Assembly: GCA_024278765.1 (NCBI GenBank)
Contig: JAJRSM010000034.1
Location: forward strand, 12,051 to 76,050
DNA from: Deltaproteobacteria bacterium
GTDB lineage: Bacteria > Desulfobacterota > GWC2-55-46 > DRQE01
Length of the DNA stretch: 64,000 nt
Direction: 5' to 3'
The notes beneath the pieces were generated by a model. The model had not been told where the DNA came from, did not search any database, and worked only from the letters and a program-made list of their open reading frames with translations. Positions 40,192 to 50,963 of this stretch are shown here, piece after piece (positions within the stretch are counted from its first letter, which is position 1; each line of letters opens with the position of its first letter). The position numbers were made by a program, and so were the translations under genes.

Positions 40192-40695
40192 ATGATAGTC
40201 AAAGGCTATATTCGTGATAATTTAGACAGGTTGGAGAACCTATATTATGTAGATTCAGCTGGTCTTGCTGGATTTCTTTACTCTAAATTGGCAATTCTTG
40301 AGCTCGGTGGTTGGGCTGAAGAGTCAATGGAAGATATTGTTTTGAGGCATGCAAAACGTCATCTAAGAAAGGAGCTTAAATTTAATAGTTTTAAGAAATA
40401 CCATGTTGATAAAAACCATGGTTTTCATTACGAGAAAAACTTTTTCGTAATGTTAATAAAACTTATTGGCATTGTCAATGTTGAGCGCATTGAAAGAAAG
40501 ATTGATTTGTTAAGATTTGACCAGATGAAGTCAGCCTTAAGTACTCTTAAGTACAGTCGTAATAGTTTAGCACATACGCACACTAAGGGAATTACTGTAA
40601 CTATAGATACACCATCTATAACGAAGAAATCTTTCGTGCGTATATTAGAAGGTTTTAAAGAGTTTGATAATATTTTAAGAACTTTAAGTTTCTAA
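40192..40695 (+). CDS. Small HEPN-like protein (Rx4H motif; resembles the MAE_28990/MAE_18760 HEPN-like nuclease family often found beside DUF262 genes)
   Basis: 167 aa, predicted helical; 'SRNSLAHTH' near the C-terminus is an Rx4-6H HEPN-type motif. The start codon is 2 bp after the DUF262 stop. Family assignment is by recollection, not by search. Confidence 0.45.
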   Translation: MIVKGYIRDNLDRLENLYYVDSAGLAGFLYSKLAILELGGWAEESMEDIVLRHAKRHLRKELKFNSFKKYHVDKNHGFHYEKNFFVMLIKLIGIVNVERIERKIDLLRFDQMKSALSTLKYSRNSLAHTHTKGITVTIDTPSITKKSFVRILEGFKEFDNILRTLSF

Positions 40696-40731
40696 TATCG
40701 ACTAAGTTTATATAAAAAGGAGCTTATAACT

Positions 40732-43700
40732 TTGCCAAAACGTACTGACATAAAAAAGATATTATTAATCGGCTCTGGTCCAATCGTAATCGGGCAGGCC
40801 TGCGAGTTTGATTACTCCGGTACGCAGGCCTGCAAGTCGCTTAAAGAAGAAGGCTACGAGGTTGTCTTGATAAACTCGAATCCGGCGACGATTATGACCG
40901 ACCCGAACCTTGCTGATAAGACCTATATTGAGCCGCTCTCAGCCGATATGATCGCAAAGGTAATCGAGCGAGAACGTCCGGATGCTCTGCTGCCGACGAT
41001 GGGCGGTCAGACCGCTCTGAACGTAGCGATTGAGCTTGACGAGATGGGCGTCCTTGAGAAGTTCAATGTCGAGCTGATCGGTGCTGGCATCGAGGCGATA
41101 AAAAAAGGCGAAGATAGAGAGCTATTTAAAAAAGCTATGGAGCGTATCGGACAAAAAGTCCCAAGCGGCGGCTTTGCAACTACATTCGATGCTGCATGCA
41201 AGGTCGTCGAGCAGTTTGATTACCCTGTGATCGTAAGGCCGTCTTTTACCCTTGGCGGCACAGGCGGTGGTATCGCCTATAACCGTGAAGAGTTTGAGAA
41301 GCTCGCAAAGCACGGAATAGACGCAAGTCCGACTGACGAGATACTTATAGAAGAATCGGTGATTGGTTGGAAGGAGTTTGAGCTGGAGGTAATGCGCGAT
41401 ACCAAGGACAATGTCGTAATTATCTGCTCGATTGAGAATCTAGATCCGATGGGCGTGCATACAGGTGATTCGATAACCGTTGCTCCGGCGCAGACCCTCT
41501 CGGATAAAGAATATCAGCTTATGCGCAACGCGTCTCTGGATATTATTCGAGAGATCGGCGTTGATACCGGCGGCTCTAATATACAGTTCTCGGTCAATCC
41601 AAAGACAGGTGGTATATATGTTATCGAGATGAATCCGAGGGTCTCAAGGAGTTCTGCTCTGGCCAGTAAGGCAACCGGCTTTCCGATAGCCAAGATCGCT
41701 GCTAAGCTCGCCGTTGGTTATACCCTCGATGAGATACCAAACGATATAACAAAGATGACGCCAGCGTCATTTGAGCCGACGATTGATTATGTCGTAACAA
41801 AGATTCCTCGTTTTACCTTTGAGAAATTCCCGCATGCCGACTCTGTCTTGACCACCCAGATGAAGAGCGTTGGTGAGGTTATGAGTATGGGGAGGACCTT
41901 TAAAGAATCATTTTTAAAGGCTCTGCGTTCCTTAGAGACAGGCGTTTCAGGGCTTGACCCGATTGTGCGCAAAGATCGCTCGGAGGTCTTTTTTGAGGTT
42001 ACAGAGGAAGAGGCCGAGGAGATCTCTACGAACCTGAAGGTCCCAAGGGCCGAGCGTATGTACTACGTTGCCGATGCCATGCGTTCCGGTATGACTGTGG
42101 AGAAGGTTCATGCCCTGACAAATATTGATATGTGGTTCTTAAATAATATACGAGAGATCGTCGAGCTTGAGGGTGAGTTATACGAGGAAAGTAAAAAAGG
42201 CGAGTTGACTAACGCCTCGATACGTGCGGCAAAGGAGTCTGGTTTTTCTTACACAACGCTTGCGCGTATTACAGGCGAGGCAGAGTCGGCTATAACAGCG
42301 CGTGCGCACAAGGCCGGAATCAGGCCAGCGTATAAGTGTGTCGATACCTGCGCTGCTGAGTTCGAGGCACATACGCCGTATCTCTATTCTACATATGAGC
42401 GGCCTTTCTATAATATAAAAGACAAGACCGAACCAGCAGTCGAGTGCGAGGCAGCACCGACCAGGAATAAAAAAGTAATGATTCTTGGAAGCGGTCCGAA
42501 CCGAATCGGTCAGGGTGTTGAATTTGATTATTGTTGCGTCCATGCAAGCTTCGCCCTTAAAGAAGAGGGCATTGAATCGATAATGCTCAACTGTAACCCA
42601 GAGACGGTATCGACTGATTACGATACCTCTGATAGGCTTTATTTTGAGCCGCTTACCTTTGAAGATGTCATGGCCGTCATAGAACGAGAAAAGCCCGACG
42701 GCGTTATCGTACAGCTTGGCGGGCAGACCCCGCTTAAGTTATGCGTAGCTCTCGAGCGTGCAGGGGTGAAGATCCTTGGCACTACGCCTGACTCAATAGA
42801 TGAGGCCGAGGATAGAGAACGTTTTGATGCGTTATTAGAGAAGCTGAAGTTAAGACGACCCGAGAGCGGGCTTGCGCGTAGCACAGAAGAGGCCGTAGCT
42901 GCTGCAAATAGTATTGGATATCCAGTTATGGTAAGGCCGTCTTACGTGCTTGGCGGTCGGGCAATGGAGATCGTCTTTAACGAAGATAGCCTCAATGAAT
43001 ATATGGCGCGTGCCGTGCAGGCCTCGCCCGAGCATCCTGTGCTCGTCGATAGATTCTTAGTAGGGGCAACTGAGGTTGATGTCGATTGCGTAAGCGACGG
43101 CGATCTTGTAGTGATCGGAGCTATCATGGAGCATATAGAAGAGGCCGGTGTCCATTCCGGCGACTCGGCCTGCTCGTTACCACCGTACTCACTTAGCAAA
43201 GAAAGTCTAGCAGAGATTACGAGGCAGACCAAGGCACTGGCAAAAGAGCTAAAGGTTGTTGGTCTTATGAATGTTCAGTTTGCGGTAAAGGACGAGGTGA
43301 TCTATATCATAGAGGTCAATCCGAGAGCCTCCCGTACCGTACCGTTTGTCAGCAAAGCAATAGGGCGTCCTCTGGCCAAGATCGCAACGAAGGTTATGAT
43401 AGGTAAGACATTAACTGAGCTTGGCTTTACCAGGCAGATCCATCCGCCGTACGTCTCTGTCAAAGAAGCTGTCTTTCCGTTTATAAAGTTCCCGGGTGTT
43501 GATACTATTTTAAGCCCAGAGATGAAGAGCACCGGTGAGGTGATGGGTGTTGGTGACGGCTTTGGCAAGGCCTTTGCAAAGGCGCAGATAGCCGCCGGTA
43601 ATACCCTGCCGCTTGTGGGTAATGTATTTGTAAGTGTCAGAGATGCTGATAAAGAAGGGGTCTTGCATGTTGCCAGAGAATTAAAAGAGATGGGTTTTAA

Positions 43701-44040
43701 TATCCTGGCGACGCGCGGTACGGTACGGTTTTTGGCCGAGCATGGCGTAGAGACCGAGTATGTTCATAAGGTAAATGCAGGGCGGCCTCATATCGTAGAT
43801 GAGATAAAAAGTAAAAAGGTTGCGATGGTTATTAATACATCCTTTGGCGCAAAGAGTGTTGCTGATTCTTACTCTATTAGGCGAAGCTCGATAGAGAATG
43901 GCGTGCCGTACTTTACTACCATCGCCGGTGCGCATGCAGCGACTCGCGGCATAAAGGCAAAGAAAAAAGAAGCCCTCGATGTTATGAGTCTTCAGGAGTA
44001 TCACGAGCAGAACGAGGCTGCGATAAAGGCCTCGCTCTGA
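40732..44040 (+). CDS. carB: Carbamoyl-phosphate synthase large subunit
   Basis: 1102 aa; duplicated ATP-grasp halves, oligomerisation domain, MGS-like C-terminus. TTG start after an AAGGAG RBS. Confidence 0.95.
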   Translation: MPKRTDIKKILLIGSGPIVIGQACEFDYSGTQACKSLKEEGYEVVLINSNPATIMTDPNLADKTYIEPLSADMIAKVIERERPDALLPTMGGQTALNVAIELDEMGVLEKFNVELIGAGIEAIKKGEDRELFKKAMERIGQKVPSGGFATTFDAACKVVEQFDYPVIVRPSFTLGGTGGGIAYNREEFEKLAKHGIDASPTDEILIEESVIGWKEFELEVMRDTKDNVVIICSIENLDPMGVHTGDSITVAPAQTLSDKEYQLMRNASLDIIREIGVDTGGSNIQFSVNPKTGGIYVIEMNPRVSRSSALASKATGFPIAKIAAKLAVGYTLDEIPNDITKMTPASFEPTIDYVVTKIPRFTFEKFPHADSVLTTQMKSVGEVMSMGRTFKESFLKALRSLETGVSGLDPIVRKDRSEVFFEVTEEEAEEISTNLKVPRAERMYYVADAMRSGMTVEKVHALTNIDMWFLNNIREIVELEGELYEESKKGELTNASIRAAKESGFSYTTLARITGEAESAITARAHKAGIRPAYKCVDTCAAEFEAHTPYLYSTYERPFYNIKDKTEPAVECEAAPTRNKKVMILGSGPNRIGQGVEFDYCCVHASFALKEEGIESIMLNCNPETVSTDYDTSDRLYFEPLTFEDVMAVIEREKPDGVIVQLGGQTPLKLCVALERAGVKILGTTPDSIDEAEDRERFDALLEKLKLRRPESGLARSTEEAVAAANSIGYPVMVRPSYVLGGRAMEIVFNEDSLNEYMARAVQASPEHPVLVDRFLVGATEVDVDCVSDGDLVVIGAIMEHIEEAGVHSGDSACSLPPYSLSKESLAEITRQTKALAKELKVVGLMNVQFAVKDEVIYIIEVNPRASRTVPFVSKAIGRPLAKIATKVMIGKTLTELGFTRQIHPPYVSVKEAVFPFIKFPGVDTILSPEMKSTGEVMGVGDGFGKAFAKAQIAAGNTLPLVGNVFVSVRDADKEGVLHVARELKEMGFNILATRGTVRFLAEHGVETEYVHKVNAGRPHIVDEIKSKKVAMVINTSFGAKSVADSYSIRRSSIENGVPYFTTIAGAHAATRGIKAKKKEALDVMSLQEYHEQNEAAIKASL

Positions 44041-44421
44041 AAAATTGAATTTTCTCTCTTAGAGTTTTAGGTTGTAAATAATTTAAAAGATAGATATTGA
44101 CTGCTTGCAGTGGTGTTAAAGGCTGTAGGTAGATATAGCACTGCGAGTAGTAATAAGTTATATAGATTGATCTATTCGTACGCAATACTCTGAAACAAGT
44201 TCAGGGTGACAGGTTTTGTAGTTAGTGTGTACAGGCGTAAATAGGCATTGGTTTGTTTTATGATAATTAAATTTTCAATATGTCATGCTGAATTCAGTTC
44301 AGCATCTGTCTTTAAGATTTCGATAACAGTAGATCCCTAAACAAGTTAAATCAGGGTAAGAGTCGGAATAGAATGTTAAACTTCTAAATTCACAGAGGTC
44401 TTCTTTTGAGGAGTACCTTTT

Positions 44422-46590
44422 ATGCAATCCATCAATAGCGTTTTTCAAGGTCAGGGCATTACTAAGTCTCTTCAATATGTGAAGGGTATTGGCCCAAAGC
44501 TTGGCGAACGCCTTGCCAAGAAAGGCCTTACTACGATTGAAGACGCTCTGTATTTTCTTCCTATTAGATATGAAGATAGAAGCCTTATGAGCTCGATCCG
44601 TGATCTTCAGGTCGGCACAAGTGGCGGAGCTACCGGTGAGGTTATGGTAAGCGGCGAGGTTCGTTACGGCAGGCGCAGGGGCTTTGAGGTCGTTATAAGT
44701 GACGGTACCGCCATTCTTAAACTCAAGTGGTTTAACTTTAAACTCCAATATATAAAGGGTCGTTTTAAGCAAGGCACAAAAATAAAAGCCTTTGGTAATG
44801 TCACGGCCTATGGTGCGCAGAAAGAAATTATCCACCCTGACGTCGAGGTGGTCGCAGCCTCAGGTGATGACGACCTTCTGAAAACCTCTGGCGGCAACCT
44901 TGCAGGCGGCCTTGCAGGTGGCGGCCTTATTCCAGTATATTCTCAGATCGATAACTTTCATCAAAAGACAATAAGGAAAATCATAGATAGTATCGTTCTT
45001 GATTATGCAGCCGGGTTGCTTGGTGCTGTGCCTCGTGGCGTTTTGGCTGCAAGAGGCCTTTTAACTCTTGGCGAGTCTTTTACCAAGGCCCATTTGCCAG
45101 TGGCGATGGACGAGGTAGAGCTTGCCAGACGAAGTATAGTTTTTGATGAGCTCTTCTCGTTGGAGCTAGGCCTTGCGTTAAAGAGGCGAGCCATCAAAAA
45201 AGAAGGCGGCCTTGTTCAAGCCGGTGGTGACGAGACTGTTTTAAAAAAGCTTGGCGAGCTTATTCCATTTGAATTGACGCAGGCTCAGAGGCGTGTCTTA
45301 AAAGATATAAAGCGTGATATGAGATCGGATCGCCCTATGAACCGGCTTTTGCAGGGTGATGTCGGGAGCGGTAAGACCATCGTCAGTCTTATCGCAGCAC
45401 TTATCGCAATAGACTCCGGGCATCAGGCGGCGATTATGGCACCGACCGAGATCTTAGCCGAGCAGCATTATCTTCTGATTCACGGTTACGGAGAAGGGCT
45501 TGGGATAAAGGTACGGCTCTTAACAGGAAGTACAAAGAAGGCCGTGCGGGCAGAGTATCTGCACGAGATAAAGGCCGGTAATGTCGATATTGTCGTCGGT
45601 ACACACGCGCTTATTCAGGGTGACGTAGAGTTCAGGAGTCTTGGCCTTGCTATAATCGACGAGCAGCACCGCTTTGGCGTCGAGCAGCGTAGTTTTTTAC
45701 AGAACAAGGCGCGTAAGAGCCGAGACGGTAAGGTAGGTCTTACCCCTGATATTCTGGTTATGACGGCGACCCCGATCCCAAGGACTTTATCTATGACGGT
45801 CTTTGGAGAGCTCGACGTCTCGGTAATCGACGAGTTGCCAAAAGGGCGCCAGCCGATAGAGACTCGCCTTATGCGTGAGGCCGAGCGCCAAGAGGCTTAC
45901 GGCCTGATTCGTAGAGAACTGGAACGAGGCTCTCAGGCCTATCTAGTCTATCCTTTGGTGGAAGAGAGCGAGGAGTTAGAACTGCGTGACGCCACTAGGA
46001 TGCATGCGCATCTGGCAAAGGATATTTTTCCGGAATATAAAGTAGCCCTTTTGCATGGTCGTATGAAGGGTGCGGAAAAAGAAGCCGTTATGGCCGACTT
46101 TAAGGCCGGTCGTTTTGATATCCTCGTCTCGACGACGGTTATAGAGGTTGGTGTGGATGTGCCGAACGCTACCGTAATCCTAATTGAACACGCCGAGCGT
46201 TTTGGCCTTGCGCAGTTGCATCAGCTCAGAGGTCGCGTTGGGCGGGGTTCTCGTCGTTCTGTTTGCATATTGCTTGCGCAGTATACCCGCAACGAAGATA
46301 CTTGGAAACGGCTTAAGGTAATAGAGCGGACGACCGATGGTTTTTTGATAGCTGAGGAGGATTTGAAAATAAGAGGCCCTGGCGACTTTATTGGGACGCG
46401 CCAGTCCGGGATGCCGGATTTTCGCAGCAGTGATACATTCGCAGATCTCGGTCTTCTGCGTGACGCACGGGCCGATGCAACGGCCTTTCTCGAATCAGAC
46501 CCGGAGCTTACTACCCCAGAAGGTCAGCGAATAAAAGAAATACTTCGCCATAGGTGGCGCGATAGGCTCTCGCTTGCAGAGGTAGGGTGA
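44422..46590 (+). CDS. recG: ATP-dependent DNA helicase RecG
   Basis: 722 aa; wedge/OB domain then SF2 helicase ('GDVGSGKT', 'DEQHRFGV'). Confidence 0.9.
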   Translation: MQSINSVFQGQGITKSLQYVKGIGPKLGERLAKKGLTTIEDALYFLPIRYEDRSLMSSIRDLQVGTSGGATGEVMVSGEVRYGRRRGFEVVISDGTAILKLKWFNFKLQYIKGRFKQGTKIKAFGNVTAYGAQKEIIHPDVEVVAASGDDDLLKTSGGNLAGGLAGGGLIPVYSQIDNFHQKTIRKIIDSIVLDYAAGLLGAVPRGVLAARGLLTLGESFTKAHLPVAMDEVELARRSIVFDELFSLELGLALKRRAIKKEGGLVQAGGDETVLKKLGELIPFELTQAQRRVLKDIKRDMRSDRPMNRLLQGDVGSGKTIVSLIAALIAIDSGHQAAIMAPTEILAEQHYLLIHGYGEGLGIKVRLLTGSTKKAVRAEYLHEIKAGNVDIVVGTHALIQGDVEFRSLGLAIIDEQHRFGVEQRSFLQNKARKSRDGKVGLTPDILVMTATPIPRTLSMTVFGELDVSVIDELPKGRQPIETRLMREAERQEAYGLIRRELERGSQAYLVYPLVEESEELELRDATRMHAHLAKDIFPEYKVALLHGRMKGAEKEAVMADFKAGRFDILVSTTVIEVGVDVPNATVILIEHAERFGLAQLHQLRGRVGRGSRRSVCILLAQYTRNEDTWKRLKVIERTTDGFLIAEEDLKIRGPGDFIGTRQSGMPDFRSSDTFADLGLLRDARADATAFLESDPELTTPEGQRIKEILRHRWRDRLSLAEVG

Positions 46591-46752
46591 TGGGTTATTG
46601 TGCTATCCATCTGCTAAATTACAGCTATAATCTTAGTATGGACTTAAGGTTGTAGCTATAACAAATTTATTTTGTTAATTTTTTTTGCTTGCTGCCGATA
46701 TGTGTAGTGTCTGTAGTTTTGTTTTTATTACATTTAAAAAAGGAGGCTTGTC

Positions 46753-48189
46753 ATGGCTGAAGATAATATTGGTGTTGACGGAAAGTCGTTTCGTAAAAGT
46801 GTTGAAAAGATGGTCGATGAGGTCCTTCAGCTTACCGGTCTGGAGAAAGGAATCTGTGATGCGATAAAGGGTAATAACGCTGTTATAAAGTTAAAATTCC
46901 CTGTGACGATAAAGGGCAAGGTCGAGATCTTTACCGGGTGGCGAGCGACGCACAGTATTCACCGCCTACCGGCAAAAGGCGGTATACGCTACTCACTGGC
47001 CGTTGATCAGGGTGAGGTCGAGGCCATGGCGGCACTGATGACCTATAAATGTGCCATCGTTGATGTGCCTTTTGGTGGTTCAAAGGGCGGGTTGAAGATC
47101 GACCCTCGTAAATATGAGCGTGAAGAGCTCCAGCGGATAACCCGGCGTTTTGCACGGGAGCTGGCAACTGCCGGATTCTTAAGTCCTGCGATGAATGTGC
47201 CGGCCCCGGATATGGGAACAGGCCAGCGCGAGATGGCATGGATCGCCGATACCTATAAGCATCTTTATCCCAACGATATTGATTATAACGCGTGTGTAAC
47301 AGGCAAGCCCGTGCATCTGGGCGGTATAAGAGGGCGTGTCGAGGCCACGGGGCGTGGCGTTCAGTATGTCTTGCGTGAGTTCTTCCGTCACCCTGAGGAT
47401 GTAAAGGAAGCGAATATGAGCGGCGGGCTGGTGGGTAAGCGTGTTGTAATTCAGGGGCTTGGTAATGTCGGCTATCATGCCGCAAAGTTCTTGCAGGAAG
47501 AAGACGGTGTAAAGGTTATTGCAATTATTGAGCATGACGGTGCGCTGGTAAATGAGAACGGAATAAATGTAGAGGATGTACATCAGTATCTGGTCGCTGA
47601 GGGCTCAACCGGGGTAAAGGGTTTCACTGGTGCGGCGTATAGTGAGGACGGCGCGGCTGCTCTTACGATGGACTGCGATATACTAATACCGGCTGCTCTG
47701 GAAGGCGTGATTCATAAAAATAATGCCGCTGATATCAAGGCTAACCTGGTAGCTGAGGCCGCAAACGGACCGACGACCTATGAGGCAGATCAGATATTAA
47801 ATGGTAGAGGCATAGCGGTCTTGCCCGATGTATTCGTCAACGCAGGTGGTGTTGTGGTCTCGTATTTTGAGTGGGTAAGGAACCTGAGCCATATACGCTT
47901 TGGACGTATGGAACGGCGCATAGAAGAGATGCGTGGCCGTGACACAGCGCGCGCTATAGAAGAGGCTACGGGGCAGAAACTGTCGGCCAGTATTAGAGAT
48001 GGGCTTGGTCACGGCGCAGACGAGCTGGATCTGGTTCGCTCAGGGCTGGCAGATTCAATGAGCGATGCCTATAAAGAGATTCGACGCGTTAAGATCGAGA
48101 CGGAAGGAGTCTATAGCTACCGGATGGCGGCCTTCCTTATAGCTGTTAGAAAAATTGCCAAGTCGTATCTTGATATAGGTGTTTATTAG
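46753..48189 (+). CDS. gdh: Glu/Leu/Phe/Val dehydrogenase family protein (probable glutamate dehydrogenase, long N-terminal form)
   Basis: 478 aa; 'KGGIRY' and 'FGGSKGG' ELFV_dehydrog_N motifs, NAD(P)-binding 'QGLGNVG'. AAGGAGG RBS. Confidence 0.8.
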   Translation: MAEDNIGVDGKSFRKSVEKMVDEVLQLTGLEKGICDAIKGNNAVIKLKFPVTIKGKVEIFTGWRATHSIHRLPAKGGIRYSLAVDQGEVEAMAALMTYKCAIVDVPFGGSKGGLKIDPRKYEREELQRITRRFARELATAGFLSPAMNVPAPDMGTGQREMAWIADTYKHLYPNDIDYNACVTGKPVHLGGIRGRVEATGRGVQYVLREFFRHPEDVKEANMSGGLVGKRVVIQGLGNVGYHAAKFLQEEDGVKVIAIIEHDGALVNENGINVEDVHQYLVAEGSTGVKGFTGAAYSEDGAAALTMDCDILIPAALEGVIHKNNAADIKANLVAEAANGPTTYEADQILNGRGIAVLPDVFVNAGGVVVSYFEWVRNLSHIRFGRMERRIEEMRGRDTARAIEEATGQKLSASIRDGLGHGADELDLVRSGLADSMSDAYKEIRRVKIETEGVYSYRMAAFLIAVRKIAKSYLDIGVY

Positions 48190-48202
48190 AGTGGGTTCGT
48201 AC

Positions 48203-48496
48203 TCATAAATGTCCTGCGGCGTTGCCAGAACTGCAAACTCTAATCCTCAAATACCTAAAAGGTGCTCGCCGCACGGCAAATGCATTAATATGGTTTTGTC
48301 TCATAAATGTCCTGCGGCGTTGCCAGAACTGCAAACTCTAATCCTCAAATACCTAAAAGGTGCTCGCCGCACGGCAAATGCATTAATATGGTTCTGTCTC
48401 ATAAATGTCCTGCGGCGTTGTCAGAACTGCAAACTCTAATCCTCAAATACCTAAAAGGTGCTCGCCGCACGGTAAATGCATTAATATGGTTCTGTA
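48203..48496. repeat. Tandem array of three ~98-bp units (TCATAAATGTCCTGCGGCGTTGCCAGAACTGCAAACTCTAATCCTCAAATACCTAAAAGGTGCTCGCCGCACGGCAAATGCATTAATATGGTTYTGTC)
   Basis: Copies start at 48203, 48301 and 48399 and are almost identical. ORF-track entries 48209..48439 and 48307..48534 are repeat artefacts. The 'GCACGGCAAAT..ATTAAT.ATATGGTT' core recurs at 18060-18160. Confidence 0.8.
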
Positions 48497-48797
48497 CTTC
48501 GCATGGCTGCGAGCTATCTAGGATGTCATCCTGAACTTGATTCAGGATCTGTATTGGTAGTAGGCATAGAAAGATAGCTGCGTTGGCTCTGCCTCCTCGC
48601 AAAGACTTGCTTGGTGGTTTATCTTGTAAAAGGTCTATCTATGCGTCTGCATAGGCAGCAGTACCAGCCTTGCCTTTGAATATTCCACTTCAAATCCTAT
48701 TGACAAATAGCCTCATGGATAGTAATCTAATGTGCTCTGAGTCGAGTGATCTTTTCAGAGTATAGTTACGAAATACTAGAAGAAAAAGGAGTTTTAG

Positions 48798-50159
48798 ATG
48801 GCGGTAATAAAGCCCTTCAGGGCCATAAGATACAACATGGATAAGTCTCAGAACAGGGACGCAGAACTAACAAAGATTATGGCACCTCCTTATGACGTTA
48901 TATCAGAGGAGTTTCAGCAGGAGCTTTATCTGAGGCATTCTAATAATGTGATAAGGCTTATACTGGGTAAGATCCTCCCGGACGACACAGATGATTCTAA
49001 CAGGTATACAAGGGCTGCGGCCTATTTTGATAAATGGCAGGAGGACGGTACACTTGTTAGGGATCTCGCCCCTTCGATGTATGTGTATGCGCAGCGCTAT
49101 ACGCTGGACAGTGGGCATGAGCGTGAACGTAAGGGCTTTATTGCTCTAACGCGTGTCGAAGACTTCGACGGCGGTGCGGTGCGTCCGCATGAGAGAACCT
49201 TATCAGGACCAAAGGCCGATAGGCTTAATCTTATGAAGCACTGTAAGAGCAATATGAGCAGTATTTTTTCGCTCTACCCTGAGTCGGTCGAGTTGCCACC
49301 AAACGAGCGTGTTATGGGGGTGTTAGAGAGTGCTGTTAAAGGTGAGCCGCTTGTTAATGTCGTCGGTGACGATGGCGTGACCAATATGGTTTGGAAGGTA
49401 GATGACGCAGCTACAATAGAAAAGGTAGTAGAGGCTATGTCAGAGAAGGGTCTTTTTATAGCCGACGGTCATCACCGTTACGAGACTGCTATTAATTATC
49501 GTAATTATATGCGTGAGCAGACAGAGAACCCGACCGGCGATGAGCCATTTAATTTTGTAATGATGTACTTTACTTCAATGCGTGATGATGGGCTCGATAT
49601 CTTCCCGACTCACAGGGTCGTGCGTGGCCTTGAGGGCTTTGACGGAGCTGCTTTACTAGAGGACTGTAAAGAGTACTTTGATTTAGAGAAGGTTGAATTT
49701 GACGACTCCGGCGAGCCAGTTGCCAGGGCAGAGTTTATGAAACGCCTCGGTGACGGCGTAGAGGGTCATACCAGTTTTGGTCTTTATCTAAAGGGCACAA
49801 ATACTTACAATATATTAAGACTTAAAGACGTAAAGGTTATGGATGAACTGCTAGGTGCTGACCTGCCAGAGGTATATAAGAATCTAGATGTGACGATCCT
49901 TCATTCGTTGCTGCTCGGTAAGATACTTGGTATAAGTCAAGAGTCTCAGACTCGTCAAGAAAACCTTCAGTACGTAAAGAGCACAGATCAGGCTTTTGAA
50001 CTCGGGCGTAGTGCTGAAAACCAGATGGTTTTTATTATGAATCCGACTACAGTCGAACAGGTAAGGCTCGTCTCTGAGGCAGAGCTTCTTATGCCTCAGA
50101 AGTCAACGTATTTCTATCCTAAGATTTTATCGGGGCTTACCATTAACCCGCTCTGGTAG
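48798..50159 (+). CDS. DUF1015 family protein
   Basis: 453 aa; N-terminal 'IKPFRAIRY...IMAPPYDVIS' and the central 'DGHHRYETA' are DUF1015 hallmarks. Confidence 0.7.
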   Translation: MAVIKPFRAIRYNMDKSQNRDAELTKIMAPPYDVISEEFQQELYLRHSNNVIRLILGKILPDDTDDSNRYTRAAAYFDKWQEDGTLVRDLAPSMYVYAQRYTLDSGHERERKGFIALTRVEDFDGGAVRPHERTLSGPKADRLNLMKHCKSNMSSIFSLYPESVELPPNERVMGVLESAVKGEPLVNVVGDDGVTNMVWKVDDAATIEKVVEAMSEKGLFIADGHHRYETAINYRNYMREQTENPTGDEPFNFVMMYFTSMRDDGLDIFPTHRVVRGLEGFDGAALLEDCKEYFDLEKVEFDDSGEPVARAEFMKRLGDGVEGHTSFGLYLKGTNTYNILRLKDVKVMDELLGADLPEVYKNLDVTILHSLLLGKILGISQESQTRQENLQYVKSTDQAFELGRSAENQMVFIMNPTTVEQVRLVSEAELLMPQKSTYFYPKILSGLTINPLW

Positions 50160-50188
50160 CAGGCGGGTGTAGTGGGGGTTAAAGGCCT

Positions 50189-50953
50189 ATGAATAGGCGG
50201 GGCGTGAATCTAGCTGGCAGGCTTGGTGCGATTGTTGATGGCCTGGTCCTCGCTCAAGGCGTTGGTGCGTCAGATACGCAAGTCCTGGGTGAGACTCTTC
50301 AGAAGGTAACTACAGATACCCTGCTGCTCGCAGATTTTATCCTTCCTTTAAAGAATGTAAATACCATGATGGAACTAGGTGTTGGCACTGGTGCGCTTGC
50401 GCTCATAGCCGCTCGTAAAACTAGTGATCTCCAGGTGACCGGCGTTGATATTCATAGCGGTGCTGCTGCCTGCGCAGCTGAGAATGTCCAGAGCAATTCT
50501 TTATCTGATAGGGTCAGGATACTTCGCCAGGACTGGCGTGCTCTTTATGGGTCTTTTCCCGAAGGCTCTTTTGATCTAGTCGTCAGTAATCCTCCGTATA
50601 TTAAAAAAGGCACAGGCCGGGTCAGCCCGGTAGAGCACCGCGCTGTTGCGCGTCACGAAAGTTGCGGGACTCTGGCAGAGCTCGTAGGTATTGCAACGTA
50701 TCTGGCAGGTGAGCACGGACGCATCGCTTTTGTCTATCCAATTAGCAGGTACTGCGAACTGCTAGGTGAACTTTACAGGAAGGGGTTGGTGCTTAGAAGG
50801 CTTGCTTTTGTCTATACTCACTGCGTGAGGGCTAAAGCCCCTTCGGGGCGGTTAACAGATAAACCATTAAAAGGCAATAAAACTGCGAGTCTGTTTCTGA
50901 TCGAGTTTGGCCGTAGCGGTATGTTAAAGGTGGGCGAGTCGGTGTTTTTATAA
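50189..50953 (+). CDS. N6-adenine-type (NPPY motif) SAM methyltransferase, TrmN6/YfiC-like
   Basis: 254 aa; 'ELGVGTGALALIAA' SAM-binding motif I and 'VVSNPPY' motif IV. Confidence 0.5.
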   Translation: MNRRGVNLAGRLGAIVDGLVLAQGVGASDTQVLGETLQKVTTDTLLLADFILPLKNVNTMMELGVGTGALALIAARKTSDLQVTGVDIHSGAAACAAENVQSNSLSDRVRILRQDWRALYGSFPEGSFDLVVSNPPYIKKGTGRVSPVEHRAVARHESCGTLAELVGIATYLAGEHGRIAFVYPISRYCELLGELYRKGLVLRRLAFVYTHCVRAKAPSGRLTDKPLKGNKTASLFLIEFGRSGMLKVGESVFL

Positions 50954-50963
50954 TTCGGTTTTT

